Shown: positions 1-9,669 of the stretch, piece by piece | Layout of the letters: the number at the start of each line of letters is the position of its first letter | Position numbering within the stretch: the first letter of the stretch is position 1 | Assembly (NCBI GenBank): GCA_027729925.1 | Contig: JAQCEB010000004.1 | Location: 1-60,630 of the forward strand | Reading direction: 5' to 3' | DNA length: 60,630 bases | Source of the DNA: Actinomycetota bacterium | GTDB lineage: Bacteria > Actinomycetota > Acidimicrobiia > Actinomarinales > Actinomarinaceae | Position numbers and translations under genes: made by a program | Notes under the pieces: model-generated | What the model saw: only the letters and a program-made list of their open reading frames with translations | The model's database searches: none | Told to the model about the DNA's origin: nothing

Positions 1-600
1 CAAATAGTTAGTAGGAATTTACTACCTCCTGCTCCAGATATTTTGGATAATTGCATTTACTCAATAAACCTAGAAATCTTTCCTTACACAGCAAATGAAG
101 TTATTTGTAGTAGTGATTTAAATGGGTTTTCCAATGAATTTTATTGGTATGATGCTTTAATAATTGACAACAGCCAAGTCGCTATTAAGTACTGGGATAG
201 AAATTCAAATATTGAGAAAGAATTACTTATTGATATAGACACTGGAAAAATTATTACAGAGAATCCTAGTGAAAAATATTCTTACGATGAGCAAAATAAA
301 AATATTCTTGGTGAAATTTTAATAGATCCATGGCAATCTAGTAGTCAAACTAGAGAAGTTGCAATCTACTATCAATTAGGTTCAGAAATTATTGAAGTTT
401 ATAAATCAAAAGCTCCAACTAATTACTACTTCAATAATTTGAAATGGTCCCCAAATGGTGAAAATATAATTGCTAGTGATAGTGAGAATAACTTAATTTT
501 GTTCTCAAAATCTAAGCTTTTTAATCCACATAAATTAAATTTTTCTATAGAAAATATCGAAAATAAAGAATTCATAAGATTAATTGGATGGTCCAATTAA
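1..600 (+). CDS. Hypothetical protein, 5'-truncated; C-terminal part resembles a WD40/TolB-like beta-propeller
   Basis: Frame 1 is open from base 1 (QIVSRNLLPPAPDILDNC...) to TAA at 598-600. 'NLKWSPNGENIIAS' is a propeller-blade-like motif. Confidence 0.55.
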   Translation, partial: QIVSRNLLPPAPDILDNCIYSINLEIFPYTANEVICSSDLNGFSNEFYWYDALIIDNSQVAIKYWDRNSNIEKELLIDIDTGKIITENPSEKYSYDEQNKNILGEILIDPWQSSSQTREVAIYYQLGSEIIEVYKSKAPTNYYFNNLKWSPNGENIIASDSENNLILFSKSKLFNPHKLNFSIENIENKEFIRLIGWSN

Positions 601-1553
601 TTAAATTCTTTACTTGGTCTTACGCCTAACTCACTTATTACATGTGCTGCACTTTTATTAGCTATATGTACAGAATCCTCCATTGATAAACCTGATTGTA
701 ATCCGTACAAATAACCAGCCGCAAAGAAATCTCCCGCTCCAGTCTTATCAATTACATTTGTTTCCATTGCTGGAAAATAATATTTTTCACCTAATTCAAC
801 TACGACTGCACCTTTTGGCCCAAGTGTGCATATTAATTGATCAACATTAGAAAAGTTATCAACAAAAAAAGTTATTGCATTTTCGATATTGTCTTTTTGT
901 GTTAGGGAAATTAGTTCTTCTTCGTTTGTAAATACGTAGTTTATATTATTCTTAATCAGTTTAATAAAACTTTCTCTATGAGCCTCAACACAAAAAACGT
1001 CTGAGAGTGTTATTGCGTTTTTACCACCACTCTTAGTATTAATTTTTGAAGCATAGAGAAATGCTTCTTTACTGGATGGTTTATCCCAAAGATAACCTTC
1101 CATGTATAACAAATTAGATTTCTTTATAACTTCTTCAGAAATATCTTCTTTAGATAATAATTCTCCTGCACCTAAATATGTGTTCATAGTCCTTTCACCA
1201 TCAGGTGTAACGAAAATGGCACAAAGTCCGGTTTGTTTACTTCCATCTTCAAAAACTGTTAGATCAACTAGGCCAGATTCAGCCAAGCTTTTTTTAAACT
1301 GGATACCTAATTCATCATTAGAAATTTTACCTATGAAACCAGCTTCACCTCCAAGTTGAGCTACCCAATAGGCTGTATTTGCAGCTGAACCACCTGCTTC
1401 AAGGGTAGGTGTTTTCATATTAGCTTGGAGAAAATTAGACCTCTCTTTATCAATTAAAGTCATTCTTGCCTTATTTAATTGGAGTGATTCAATTACTTCA
1501 TCATCAACAAACTGCAATGAGTCAACCATTGCATTACCTATGCAAATTATCAT
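597..1553 (-). CDS. PfkB-family carbohydrate/nucleoside kinase, adenosine kinase-like
   Basis: GGSAAN substrate motif and DKTGAGDFFAAG anion-hole motif, 318 aa. Confidence 0.85.
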   Translation of the reverse strand: MIICIGNAMVDSLQFVDDEVIESLQLNKARMTLIDKERSNFLQANMKTPTLEAGGSAANTAYWVAQLGGEAGFIGKISNDELGIQFKKSLAESGLVDLTVFEDGSKQTGLCAIFVTPDGERTMNTYLGAGELLSKEDISEEVIKKSNLLYMEGYLWDKPSSKEAFLYASKINTKSGGKNAITLSDVFCVEAHRESFIKLIKNNINYVFTNEEELISLTQKDNIENAITFFVDNFSNVDQLICTLGPKGAVVVELGEKYYFPAMETNVIDKTGAGDFFAAGYLYGLQSGLSMEDSVHIANKSAAHVISELGVRPSKEFN

Positions 1554-1903
1554 TAGATTATTTGTCCAGATGAACCTTTGGAGTTAACAATGTTGTCCGT
1601 GACACTTAACAAAGCTTTCATACCACCATCTAAGTTTGAAACTTTAAAATCATTAGAAAGTAGGTAATTTGAAACTCTAGAAGAACGAGCTCCAGAACGA
1701 CAAACTATAATATAATCATTATCTTTAGAAAATTTACTTAAATTTTCTTCGATCGTACCCATTGAAATATGAGTTGCATCTCTGTGATGTCCTGCTTCCC
1801 ATTCATCATCTTCTCTAACATCTATCAACAAATATCCATTAGATATTAGGGTTTCAACTTCACTTGCGTCTACGGATGGAACTTTGTTAAAACCGAATAC
1901 CAC
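1553..1903 (-). CDS. Single-domain rhodanese (sulfurtransferase)
   Basis: LIDVREDDEWEAGH and active-site loop CRSGARS. Confidence 0.9.
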   Translation of the reverse strand: MVFGFNKVPSVDASEVETLISNGYLLIDVREDDEWEAGHHRDATHISMGTIEENLSKFSKDNDYIIVCRSGARSSRVSNYLLSNDFKVSNLDGGMKALLSVTDNIVNSKGSSGQII

Positions 1904-2726
1904 TTTGCCTCTGTTTCAATCTTTTGACTCTTTCTTCTGTTGGTGGATGAGTTGAAAATAGCTTTCCGATACTTTTACCTGAAAAAGATTTTAATGGATC
2001 CGAAATAAAAAGTTGACTAACAGCTGGATTAATATTCATAGGAATTTTTGAAAATTTATCTATTTTTTCTAGAGCAGATGCAAGCGCTAAAGGATTACCA
2101 GAGACTTCAGCACCTGTAGCATCAGCGCCAAATTCTCTAGTTCTAGAGATGGCCATTCTAATAATTATAGAAGCTATTGGAGCAGCAATAAATGCAAGAA
2201 GAGCAAAAGCTGGATGAATATTCCTATCTCTTCTTTCTCCAACACCCCAAAAAGCCATTCTTGACATAAATGATATTGCTGCTGCTAACATTGCTGCAAT
2301 ACTTGACACAAGAATGTCTCTATTTTTTATATGTGATAGTTCATGAGCCAATACTCCTTCAAGTTCATCTCTATTTAGTAGTTTCAAAATGCCAGTTGTA
2401 ACTGCTACTTTAGAATTTTTTGGATTTCTTCCAGTAGCAAATGCATTTGGCTGATCACTATTAATCACATACAATTCTGGCATTGGCATCTTTTCTTTTT
2501 GTGTTAAATAAAAAACTATATCCTTTACTTCTTGAAATTGACCATCCTGAATTTTTACTGCTCTTGTTGATTTTATTGCGAGAGAGCCACTGAAAAAATA
2601 CATAATGAAATTAAATAAAAAAGCAAAAATCAATGAAGAAAATAGATCAAAACCCAATAATGTAGCAGTAAAAAGCACAATCAAAGTTAAGAATGTTAAC
2701 AACATAGTGGTTTTAATAAAATTCAT
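1887..2726 (-). CDS. htpX: Zinc metalloprotease HtpX (M48)
   Basis: PNAFATG, HELSH zinc motif, REFGAD, FSTHPP, with TM segments. Confidence 0.95.
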   Translation of the reverse strand: MNFIKTTMLLTFLTLIVLFTATLLGFDLFSSLIFAFLFNFIMYFFSGSLAIKSTRAVKIQDGQFQEVKDIVFYLTQKEKMPMPELYVINSDQPNAFATGRNPKNSKVAVTTGILKLLNRDELEGVLAHELSHIKNRDILVSSIAAMLAAAISFMSRMAFWGVGERRDRNIHPAFALLAFIAAPIASIIIRMAISRTREFGADATGAEVSGNPLALASALEKIDKFSKIPMNINPAVSQLFISDPLKSFSGKSIGKLFSTHPPTEERVKRLKQRQSGIRF

Positions 2727-2750
2727 AATTCTATTTTAATTACTTTTTAT

Positions 2751-3776
2751 TTATACCTTTTTCGCATTGAGAACATAAAAACCTCCTAAGCCATTTAGAT
2801 TTAAAATAGTTTCTAATCCAAGAATCTTATCTTGAAGTTTTAGTTGCTCCAATCCTTCTGAGGAATTTTTCAAATTTTTTAAAGTTTTTAATAAAGTAAC
2901 TGCACCGCAACTTTCCAAAAATTTTTTTTGAGTGATGATAGAGGCTTTATATCCATATTTTATAAATAAATTTTGCAGTGCTGAAAAATTAATATCATAA
3001 GTTATATCAACTTCACCAAAATTTAATATTGGATCTCCTGCTAGGTGGTGGTTCTTGTATGTTCGTAATAATGACGTGTACTTTTTATTTATTCTCTCTT
3101 TTTGGAAATACCCGTAATCAAAAAACATAAAATTATTAGGTTGGAAATTTTTAATTAGCTTAATTATAAATTCTTGAATATTAGTTTGAACTTCAATTTC
3201 AAATTCTTCGCAACCAGAAATATTGTTAGATGTTAACCATTTTTTATTTTTGTCTCTAATTGAAAGAAGTTCATATCGAAAATTTTCATTTGAAATATCT
3301 ACACCTTTTTCGAACCATTTATTATTTTTATAAATTGCTATTGAACATGGTATGTTATCTAATATTTCATTCCCAAAAATTAAGTCTATTGTTTGATTTT
3401 TCAATTTGGAGGGAGAGTCGACAATTTGAATGCCAAGGTTTTGTAGTTCTTTTCTTGCAGTTGCAGACCTTTCCACAGCTAAAAGTCTACTCTTCTTTTC
3501 ATCAGTGAAATTTTTAATTAATGAACCTGTACCACTACCAAGCTCCAATAATGTACCTCTTATGTTATTTACTTCTATCCAATTTTCTATTAAATTACCA
3601 AAATACTCTGAAACTTCGGGTGAAGTTAAAAAATCTCCTGTTTTTTTTGATCGAGTTTTTTCATTATTGAAAAATCCATATTTAGAATATAATGACTCTT
3701 CCATAAATTGGTCAAAATATAACGATTTAGATTTATATTTTTCTATTAAGTATTTTTTTTTGTCTTTACCAATCAA
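2751..3776 (-). CDS. SAM-dependent methyltransferase, NDUFAF7/MidA family
   Basis: FDQFMEESLY, GDFLTSPEVS, ELGSGTG (SAM motif), NEILDNIP, DYG, DITYDINF. Starts 2 nt after the nuoN stop. Confidence 0.85.
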   Translation of the reverse strand: MIGKDKKKYLIEKYKSKSLYFDQFMEESLYSKYGFFNNEKTRSKKTGDFLTSPEVSEYFGNLIENWIEVNNIRGTLLELGSGTGSLIKNFTDEKKSRLLAVERSATARKELQNLGIQIVDSPSKLKNQTIDLIFGNEILDNIPCSIAIYKNNKWFEKGVDISNENFRYELLSIRDKNKKWLTSNNISGCEEFEIEVQTNIQEFIIKLIKNFQPNNFMFFDYGYFQKERINKKYTSLLRTYKNHHLAGDPILNFGEVDITYDINFSALQNLFIKYGYKASIITQKKFLESCGAVTLLKTLKNLKNSSEGLEQLKLQDKILGLETILNLNGLGGFYVLNAKKV

Positions 3777-3778
3777 AA

Positions 3779-5257
3779 TTAATTATTAAGAAAAGTAGAA
3801 GCTATATCACCTAGATTGCTAAATATTCCTGGAAAAATTCCCGACAATACTGTAATAAAAACTGTTATAAGACCAACAACCTTTATTGGATTTTCAATTA
3901 ACATATTTTTCTCAGAGTATTCTTGAACTTGTTCATCCATCCATATAATCTTTGAAATTCTTGCATAATAAACTAATGAAATTACAGCGTTAACTGCACC
4001 GACAATACCAAGAATGACGCCGATTGTTTGGCCAGAACCCAATAAGCTCCTAAATACAACAAACTTTGCAAACCAACCGCCAAGAGGGGGAACCCCAGCT
4101 AGAGAAAAAAAGAATAAAGTTGTTAATACGCCAATAAATGGTGAAGATTTTGCCACTCCTGACCATTTATATATGTCTTCAGATCCTGTAAATCTAATCA
4201 GAACCTGAACACATAAAAATGCCCCTAAATTCATAAATGCATAAATTATTAAGTAAGTTACACTTGCAAAAATTCCATCTTCATAATTTCCAGTGATACC
4301 TGAAACAGCTATTGGTGAAATAATGAATCCAGCTTGTGCAATTGAAGAGTAAGCTAGCAACCTCACAGGGTTACTTTGTTGAAGAGCAACCAAATTACCT
4401 AGTGTCATGGTCATACCAGCTACTAGAAATAAAATTATTCCCCAACTACTTCCTGAAATGCCGTAAACAGAAGTCATTAATAAAATAAGGGCCACGAATC
4501 CAGCAGCTTTTGAACTTACTGACAAATAAGCAGTAACAGGGAGTGGAGCTCCTTCGTAAGTATCAGGTGCCCATGAATGAAATGGAACAGTTGAAACTTT
4601 AAAACCTAATCCTGAAATTACCAATACTGCGCTTAATAGAACAACTGGAGAATTTTCCAAAGAGCTCGTCAAAATTTGTTTTGAAATCTCGTTAAATAAT
4701 AAATTTCCTGTTAATCCATATAGAAGAGAGAAACCATAAAGAATTAAAGAAGCAGATAGGACTCCAAGTAAAAAGAATTTAATAGCACCTTCATTTGATT
4801 TTCGATCACCTTTTTTCCATCCTGAAAGTAAAAACATTGGAGTTGAAGCTAATTCGATGCCGATAAAAATAGTCAATAAATCTCTGGACGAACAAATAAC
4901 TAAGGCACCGAGTAGAGAACTTAGTAATAAGAAATAGTATTCACCTTGATAGTATTTGTCACTCTCAATAAAATTAATCGACAATAAAAATGTTATGTAG
5001 GTAATAATTATGAACAAACCTTTTAATATGATTGAAAATTTATCAATAACATAACTGTCTTGGAATACGTATATAGCAGATGTGTAGCTTATCCAATGGA
5101 TTAACAAAGGTACTAGTGAAACTAAGGTTCCCAATAATGCAAATGCAGCAATTAGATATTTGGATTTACGTGGTAAAAGTAAATCTAAGAATATAGAAAT
5201 TACTAATGTAGCAATAATTACTAATTCTGTTGAGATTGCATAATAATTTATAGTAAT
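3779..5257 (-). CDS. nuoN: NADH-quinone oxidoreductase subunit N (11-subunit cluster), proposed ATT start
   Basis: FKVSTVPFHSWAPDTYEGAP, RLLAYSSIAQAG. The frame stays open 41 codons upstream of the track's TTG (ITINYYAISTELVII...) to ATT 5257, 6 nt after GGAGG. Confidence 0.9.
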   Translation of the reverse strand: MTINYYAISTELVIIATLVISIFLDLLLPRKSKYLIAAFALLGTLVSLVPLLIHWISYTSAIYVFQDSYVIDKFSIILKGLFIIITYITFLLSINFIESDKYYQGEYYFLLLSSLLGALVICSSRDLLTIFIGIELASTPMFLLSGWKKGDRKSNEGAIKFFLLGVLSASLILYGFSLLYGLTGNLLFNEISKQILTSSLENSPVVLLSAVLVISGLGFKVSTVPFHSWAPDTYEGAPLPVTAYLSVSSKAAGFVALILLMTSVYGISGSSWGIILFLVAGMTMTLGNLVALQQSNPVRLLAYSSIAQAGFIISPIAVSGITGNYEDGIFASVTYLIIYAFMNLGAFLCVQVLIRFTGSEDIYKWSGVAKSSPFIGVLTTLFFFSLAGVPPLGGWFAKFVVFRSLLGSGQTIGVILGIVGAVNAVISLVYYARISKIIWMDEQVQEYSEKNMLIENPIKVVGLITVFITVLSGIFPGIFSNLGDIASTFLNN

Positions 5258-5259
5258 TT

Positions 5260-6828
5260 TTAACCTCCAAAAGCTTTAAAAATTAAATCAACAACAGCAT
5301 CATTTGTAGCACCAAAAATTAACTTAGGAAATATTCCTATTAGAACAGTCAGAATTACTAGAGGAATCCATGCTGCTAATTCGTAATTGTCAGCGTCATG
5401 AAGCTCTTTATCTTTCCACTCGTCTGCAGGTTCACCTAAATTAACTCTCTGTAACATCCAAAGTAGGTACCCTGCTGTTAGTACTGTTCCTATTGCACCA
5501 GCAACCATTGATGACCTAAAGATTACAATATTCAAGCCTTGGAGTGGGTTATAAGCTCCAAGTAATGCCATAAATTCTCCCCAAAAACCTGCGAGTCCTG
5601 GTAAACCTAATGAAGCCATTGCAGTAAAACCAAGCAAGGCACCGGTTTTTGGAAGCAACTTCATATTGCCACCTAGTCGTCCCATATCTCTTGTATGGTA
5701 TGTGTGAGACATAGAGCCGGTTAAGAAAAATAGTAGTCCTGTTATTACTCCATGTGCCACCATTCCAATTATTGCTGCATTTATTCCAACTGATGTTAGT
5801 GAAGCTATTCCAAGCATTACAAAACCCATGTGACCTACAGAAGAAAATGCAATTAATCTTTTCAAATCAGTCTGTGCTAAGCAAGCAAGTGAACCATAAA
5901 TAATCCCTATTGCTGAAAGTATTGCTATTGCAGGAGCCCAAGCTTTTGCTTGCTCTGGAAGAATTGGAATAGCAATTCTTATAAAACCATATGACCCAAG
6001 TTTTAATAATATAGCAGCTAAAAGAACAGAGCCAACTGTAGGTGCAGCTGTATGTGCATCTGGTAACCAAGTATGTAGTGGCCACATTGGAACTTTAACT
6101 GCAAAACCTAAAAACAGAACAGCAAAAACTAGAGTGGCAAATGTTCCTGTAAAAGCACCTGTACTTCCAATTTCAATTAATTCAGGTATGCTAAATGTCT
6201 TATTCCCTCTATAGTACAAACCTAAAAATCCAAGCAACATAAATGCAGATCCAAATAAGGTAAATACAAAAAACTTAATGCTTGCATATAACCTTGTTTC
6301 AATTTCTTTTTTTAACCCAGAGACTGACCTAATAGTTTTATCACCCCAAATACCAATCATGAAATACATTGGCAAAAGAACTATTTCAAAAAATACAAAG
6401 AACAGAATTAAATCCAATGCTACAAAAGTTCCATTCATCCCAGTTTCAAGTACCAGAATCAAAGCAAGAAAACCTTTTGGACTTTTTGGTTCAGGTAAAT
6501 GCTCTAGAGAATATATTATTGCTAAAACTGAAATAAATGTTGAAAGCACCAATAGAGGAAGAGAAATTCCATCAATGCCAATTTCATAATTAGCATTTAT
6601 GCTTTCGATCCAAGTAGCTTTGCTTCCTAATTGAAGTTGTGATGCTTTAGAAAAATCAAACTCAAGTAAAACCAGAATGCTCAAAATAAAAGTTACCACT
6701 GAAGACAGTAAAGCAACTCCTTTTATTACACTTTCGTATGGTTTAGGTATGAATAAAATTAAAAGTGCACTTATAATTGGCAAGAAAACAACCGCACTTA
6801 ATCCCAAACCGTTTGATAATATTTCCAC
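5260..6828 (-). CDS. nuoM: NADH-quinone oxidoreductase subunit M (11-subunit cluster)
   Basis: FEIVLLPMY, AVKVPMWPLHTWLPDAH, KRLIAFSSVGHMG. Confidence 0.95.
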   Translation of the reverse strand: MEILSNGLGLSAVVFLPIISALLILFIPKPYESVIKGVALLSSVVTFILSILVLLEFDFSKASQLQLGSKATWIESINANYEIGIDGISLPLLVLSTFISVLAIIYSLEHLPEPKSPKGFLALILVLETGMNGTFVALDLILFFVFFEIVLLPMYFMIGIWGDKTIRSVSGLKKEIETRLYASIKFFVFTLFGSAFMLLGFLGLYYRGNKTFSIPELIEIGSTGAFTGTFATLVFAVLFLGFAVKVPMWPLHTWLPDAHTAAPTVGSVLLAAILLKLGSYGFIRIAIPILPEQAKAWAPAIAILSAIGIIYGSLACLAQTDLKRLIAFSSVGHMGFVMLGIASLTSVGINAAIIGMVAHGVITGLLFFLTGSMSHTYHTRDMGRLGGNMKLLPKTGALLGFTAMASLGLPGLAGFWGEFMALLGAYNPLQGLNIVIFRSSMVAGAIGTVLTAGYLLWMLQRVNLGEPADEWKDKELHDADNYELAAWIPLVILTVLIGIFPKLIFGATNDAVVDLIFKAFGG

Positions 6829-6837
6829 TTTTTCCTC

Positions 6838-8838
6838 CTAAATAATAAACAGAATTAACAAACTAATTGTTACAACACCAGCTAAAAACAACATTAAATA
6901 TTGTTGGGTTTTGCCTGTTTGTAATAATTTAACTTTTCCACCAAAGCTGTCAGTGCTGGTAGAAGAGGCATTTAAAAACTTATCAATACCTTTTTGATCA
7001 AAATTATTATAGACAATTTGACCAAGAAAAGAAGCAGCTAAACCAAATGAATTAATAATTCGATCTAAAAAATTCGTATTAATTCTATCAACAGCATTTG
7101 CAATTGTTAATTTAGTTGGATTAATTAAATACTTGAAATAGAAATGATCTAAGTAATATTTATTTTCTAGAACAGTCCAAATTGGCTCTACTTTAATTAA
7201 TTTGTCACCTTTATCAGCAGATCCCTGAAGTTGATAAACAAAATAACCTAAACCTATTCCGAGTAAGCCAGCAATTAATCCAGAAAACAGAGCTGTGTAA
7301 TCAAAACTTTCAGGATGATATTCATTAATTTTATTTGCTCTTGTTGTTACCCATGTAGTAAAGCCTGTATACACCCCTGGAATGTTTACCCAACCTGCTC
7401 CAATTGCAAATACTGCAAGAAACATTAATGGGACAGTCATCATTTTATCTGACTCATGTGGATGACCGTGGCCTCTATACTCACCCAAGAATGTTAATGC
7501 TACTGCTCTAGTCATATAGAAAGCCGTAACAAAAGCGCCAATAATTGAGATAACTAAAAAAGTAGTTTCACCTTCATGATTGAGTGATGCTAAAATCTCA
7601 TCTTTTGAAAAGAATCCTGCAAACGGTGGTAAGCCAGCTAGAGCTACTGTCCCAATTATAAAAGTTATAAAGGTTCTAGGCATATATTTTCTTAAACCAC
7701 CCATCTCTAACATACTATTTGTGTGGACAGCATGAATAACTGATCCTGCTCCTAAAAATAAAAGTGCTTTAAAAAAAGCATGAGTCCATAAATGAAAAAG
7801 TGATGCTGTATAAGCTCCAGATCCTATTGCAGCAACCATATAGCCTAACTGACTAACAGTCGAATATGCTAAAACTTTTTTTAAATCATCCTGAACAACT
7901 GCAATAAGTCCAGCTGTTATTAAAGTAATTACTCCAAATAACATAACTATGTCCAACGCTTCATGAGCCATGGCTTCGTAAAAAGGAAACATTCTTGCAA
8001 GTAAATAAACACCTGCTGTTACCATTGTTGCTGCATGCATCAGAGCTGAAACAGGAGTTGGACCTGCCATGGCATCTGGCAACCAAACATGTAATGGAAA
8101 TTGAGCACTTTTACCCATAGCACCAATAAACAATAAAACGCCTGCGACAAACGCAACATTTTTAATATCTTCGTAATCGTGAGTTGATTGATAGAGTATT
8201 TCTGAAATTCTTAATGTCCCAGTATTTAAAGCTAAAATTATGATTCCAATCATTAATCCTATATCAGCTATTTTGTTTGTTATAAAAGCTTTCATTGCAG
8301 CAGATGAGTTGTCTTTAGTCTCCCAATAATGACCTATAAGCAAATATGAACAAACTCCAACTAATTCCCAACCAATAAGAATTTGAATTAATGTAGGTGA
8401 AGATACAAGAACTAACATGCTTCCAGCAAACAAAGTAAGAGAAGTAAAGAAAAACGTATATCTAACTTCACCTTTCATATAATTTGTTGCATAAATAAAT
8501 ACCAAAAGTGCAACAGTGCCAACAACAAAGTACATCATAATTGAAAGTCCATCAACAACCCATCCAAATTCAATATCAAAAGTTCCAATATTGCCAACTA
8601 CAATAAAAAATTCATTTACTATGCCTTCTGTAATGTGTTTATAAAGTAGTGCAGAGCTATAGAAAAAAATTGATCCTATTGTTGCTAAAGCAATTTCTGC
8701 ACCTTTATAAGGTAGTTTTTTTCCAAAGAAAGTAATGATTAAAGCTGAAATAAATGGAAGCACTACTAATATCCAAGCATATTCTGCAAAGACACCGCCA
8801 TCACCATACGAAAGTTTAGATTCAGCTAGAAGGTTCAC
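6838..8838 (-). CDS. nuoL: NADH-quinone oxidoreductase subunit L (11-subunit cluster)
   Basis: GKSAQFPLHVWLPDAMAGPTPVSALMHAATMV, HAFFKALLFL. Confidence 0.95.
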   Translation of the reverse strand: MNLLAESKLSYGDGGVFAEYAWILVVLPFISALIITFFGKKLPYKGAEIALATIGSIFFYSSALLYKHITEGIVNEFFIVVGNIGTFDIEFGWVVDGLSIMMYFVVGTVALLVFIYATNYMKGEVRYTFFFTSLTLFAGSMLVLVSSPTLIQILIGWELVGVCSYLLIGHYWETKDNSSAAMKAFITNKIADIGLMIGIIILALNTGTLRISEILYQSTHDYEDIKNVAFVAGVLLFIGAMGKSAQFPLHVWLPDAMAGPTPVSALMHAATMVTAGVYLLARMFPFYEAMAHEALDIVMLFGVITLITAGLIAVVQDDLKKVLAYSTVSQLGYMVAAIGSGAYTASLFHLWTHAFFKALLFLGAGSVIHAVHTNSMLEMGGLRKYMPRTFITFIIGTVALAGLPPFAGFFSKDEILASLNHEGETTFLVISIIGAFVTAFYMTRAVALTFLGEYRGHGHPHESDKMMTVPLMFLAVFAIGAGWVNIPGVYTGFTTWVTTRANKINEYHPESFDYTALFSGLIAGLLGIGLGYFVYQLQGSADKGDKLIKVEPIWTVLENKYYLDHFYFKYLINPTKLTIANAVDRINTNFLDRIINSFGLAASFLGQIVYNNFDQKGIDKFLNASSTSTDSFGGKVKLLQTGKTQQYLMLFLAGVVTISLLILFII

Positions 8839-8846
8839 TTATTTTC

Positions 8847-9152
8847 CTACCATTTCATTAAATCAAATTCATTAATATTAGCTGTTTGTCTGTTTCTAAA
8901 AAGCATCAAGACTATAGCAAGCCCTATCCCAACTTCAGCAGCTGCAATAGTAATAATGAAAATAGAAAATATCTGTCCACCCATCATTGTGTCTGACAAC
9001 ATAGCATCGAATAAAACAAAATTTATATTTACAGAATTAAGAATCAGTTCGATTGATAAAAGAACCATAACTGCATTTCTTCGAACTAAGATTCCATAAA
9101 TTCCAAGTGAAAAAAGTGCGGCAGCAACAATTAATACAGGTTGAACTATCAT
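8847..9152 (-). CDS. nuoK: NADH-quinone oxidoreductase subunit K (11-subunit cluster)
   Basis: SIELILNSVN, AAAEVGIGLAIV, 101 aa. Confidence 0.95.
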   Translation of the reverse strand: MIVQPVLIVAAALFSLGIYGILVRRNAVMVLLSIELILNSVNINFVLFDAMLSDTMMGGQIFSIFIITIAAAEVGIGLAIVLMLFRNRQTANINEFDLMKW

Positions 9153-9667
9153 ATTTGGTCTTCGTTAATTAGAGCATCGTCTTTTCTGGCAAGTGTTATA
9201 CCTCCTATAAGTGCAGCAAGTAAAACAAACGAAACTATTTCAAATGGAAAAACAAATCTTGTTAATAAAATTTCACCCAACAATTGTGTGGAAGATGCCT
9301 GATCTATTGTAATCTCACCACTAAATCCACTAATTAAAATAAAAGAAAAAAGTAGGAAAATTGCAAAAGCTAATATAGCACCTGCTTTTTTGTTTTTATC
9401 ATTATCTAATTCAGCATTCTTACCAAGTGGAGCTCTCGTTATCATAATTCCGAATAAAAAGAGAACTATTACTGCACCTATGTATACAAGTATTAATACT
9501 AGGGCGACAAACTCAGCAGAAAGTAGTAAGAATAATGTTGCAGTTAGCGCAAGTGTAAATACTAATGAAACTGCGGCGTGAATAACATTTGTTGTGGTTA
9601 CTACTCTTAATGCTGTTGAAAGTAGCAACAGTAGAACAAAATAAGTGACTATTTCATAAATTTCCAT
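9149..9667 (-). CDS. nuoJ: NADH-quinone oxidoreductase subunit J (11-subunit cluster)
   Basis: LVYIGAVIVLFLFGIM, FPFEIVSFVLLAALIG. Confidence 0.93.
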   Translation of the reverse strand: MEIYEIVTYFVLLLLLSTALRVVTTTNVIHAAVSLVFTLALTATLFLLLSAEFVALVLILVYIGAVIVLFLFGIMITRAPLGKNAELDNDKNKKAGAILAFAIFLLFSFILISGFSGEITIDQASSTQLLGEILLTRFVFPFEIVSFVLLAALIGGITLARKDDALINEDQI

Positions 9668-9669
9668 TA

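Noticed and set aside
8-20. TTAGTAGGAATTT identical to the right half of the 44927-44951 palindrome
   Set aside because: It lies inside an open coding frame and the left half is absent. A single 13-mer match is treated as coincidence.
3779-5257. nuoN as an N-terminally truncated pseudogene
   Set aside because: The frame is intact upstream of the track's start, with an SD-preceded ATT restoring normal length.
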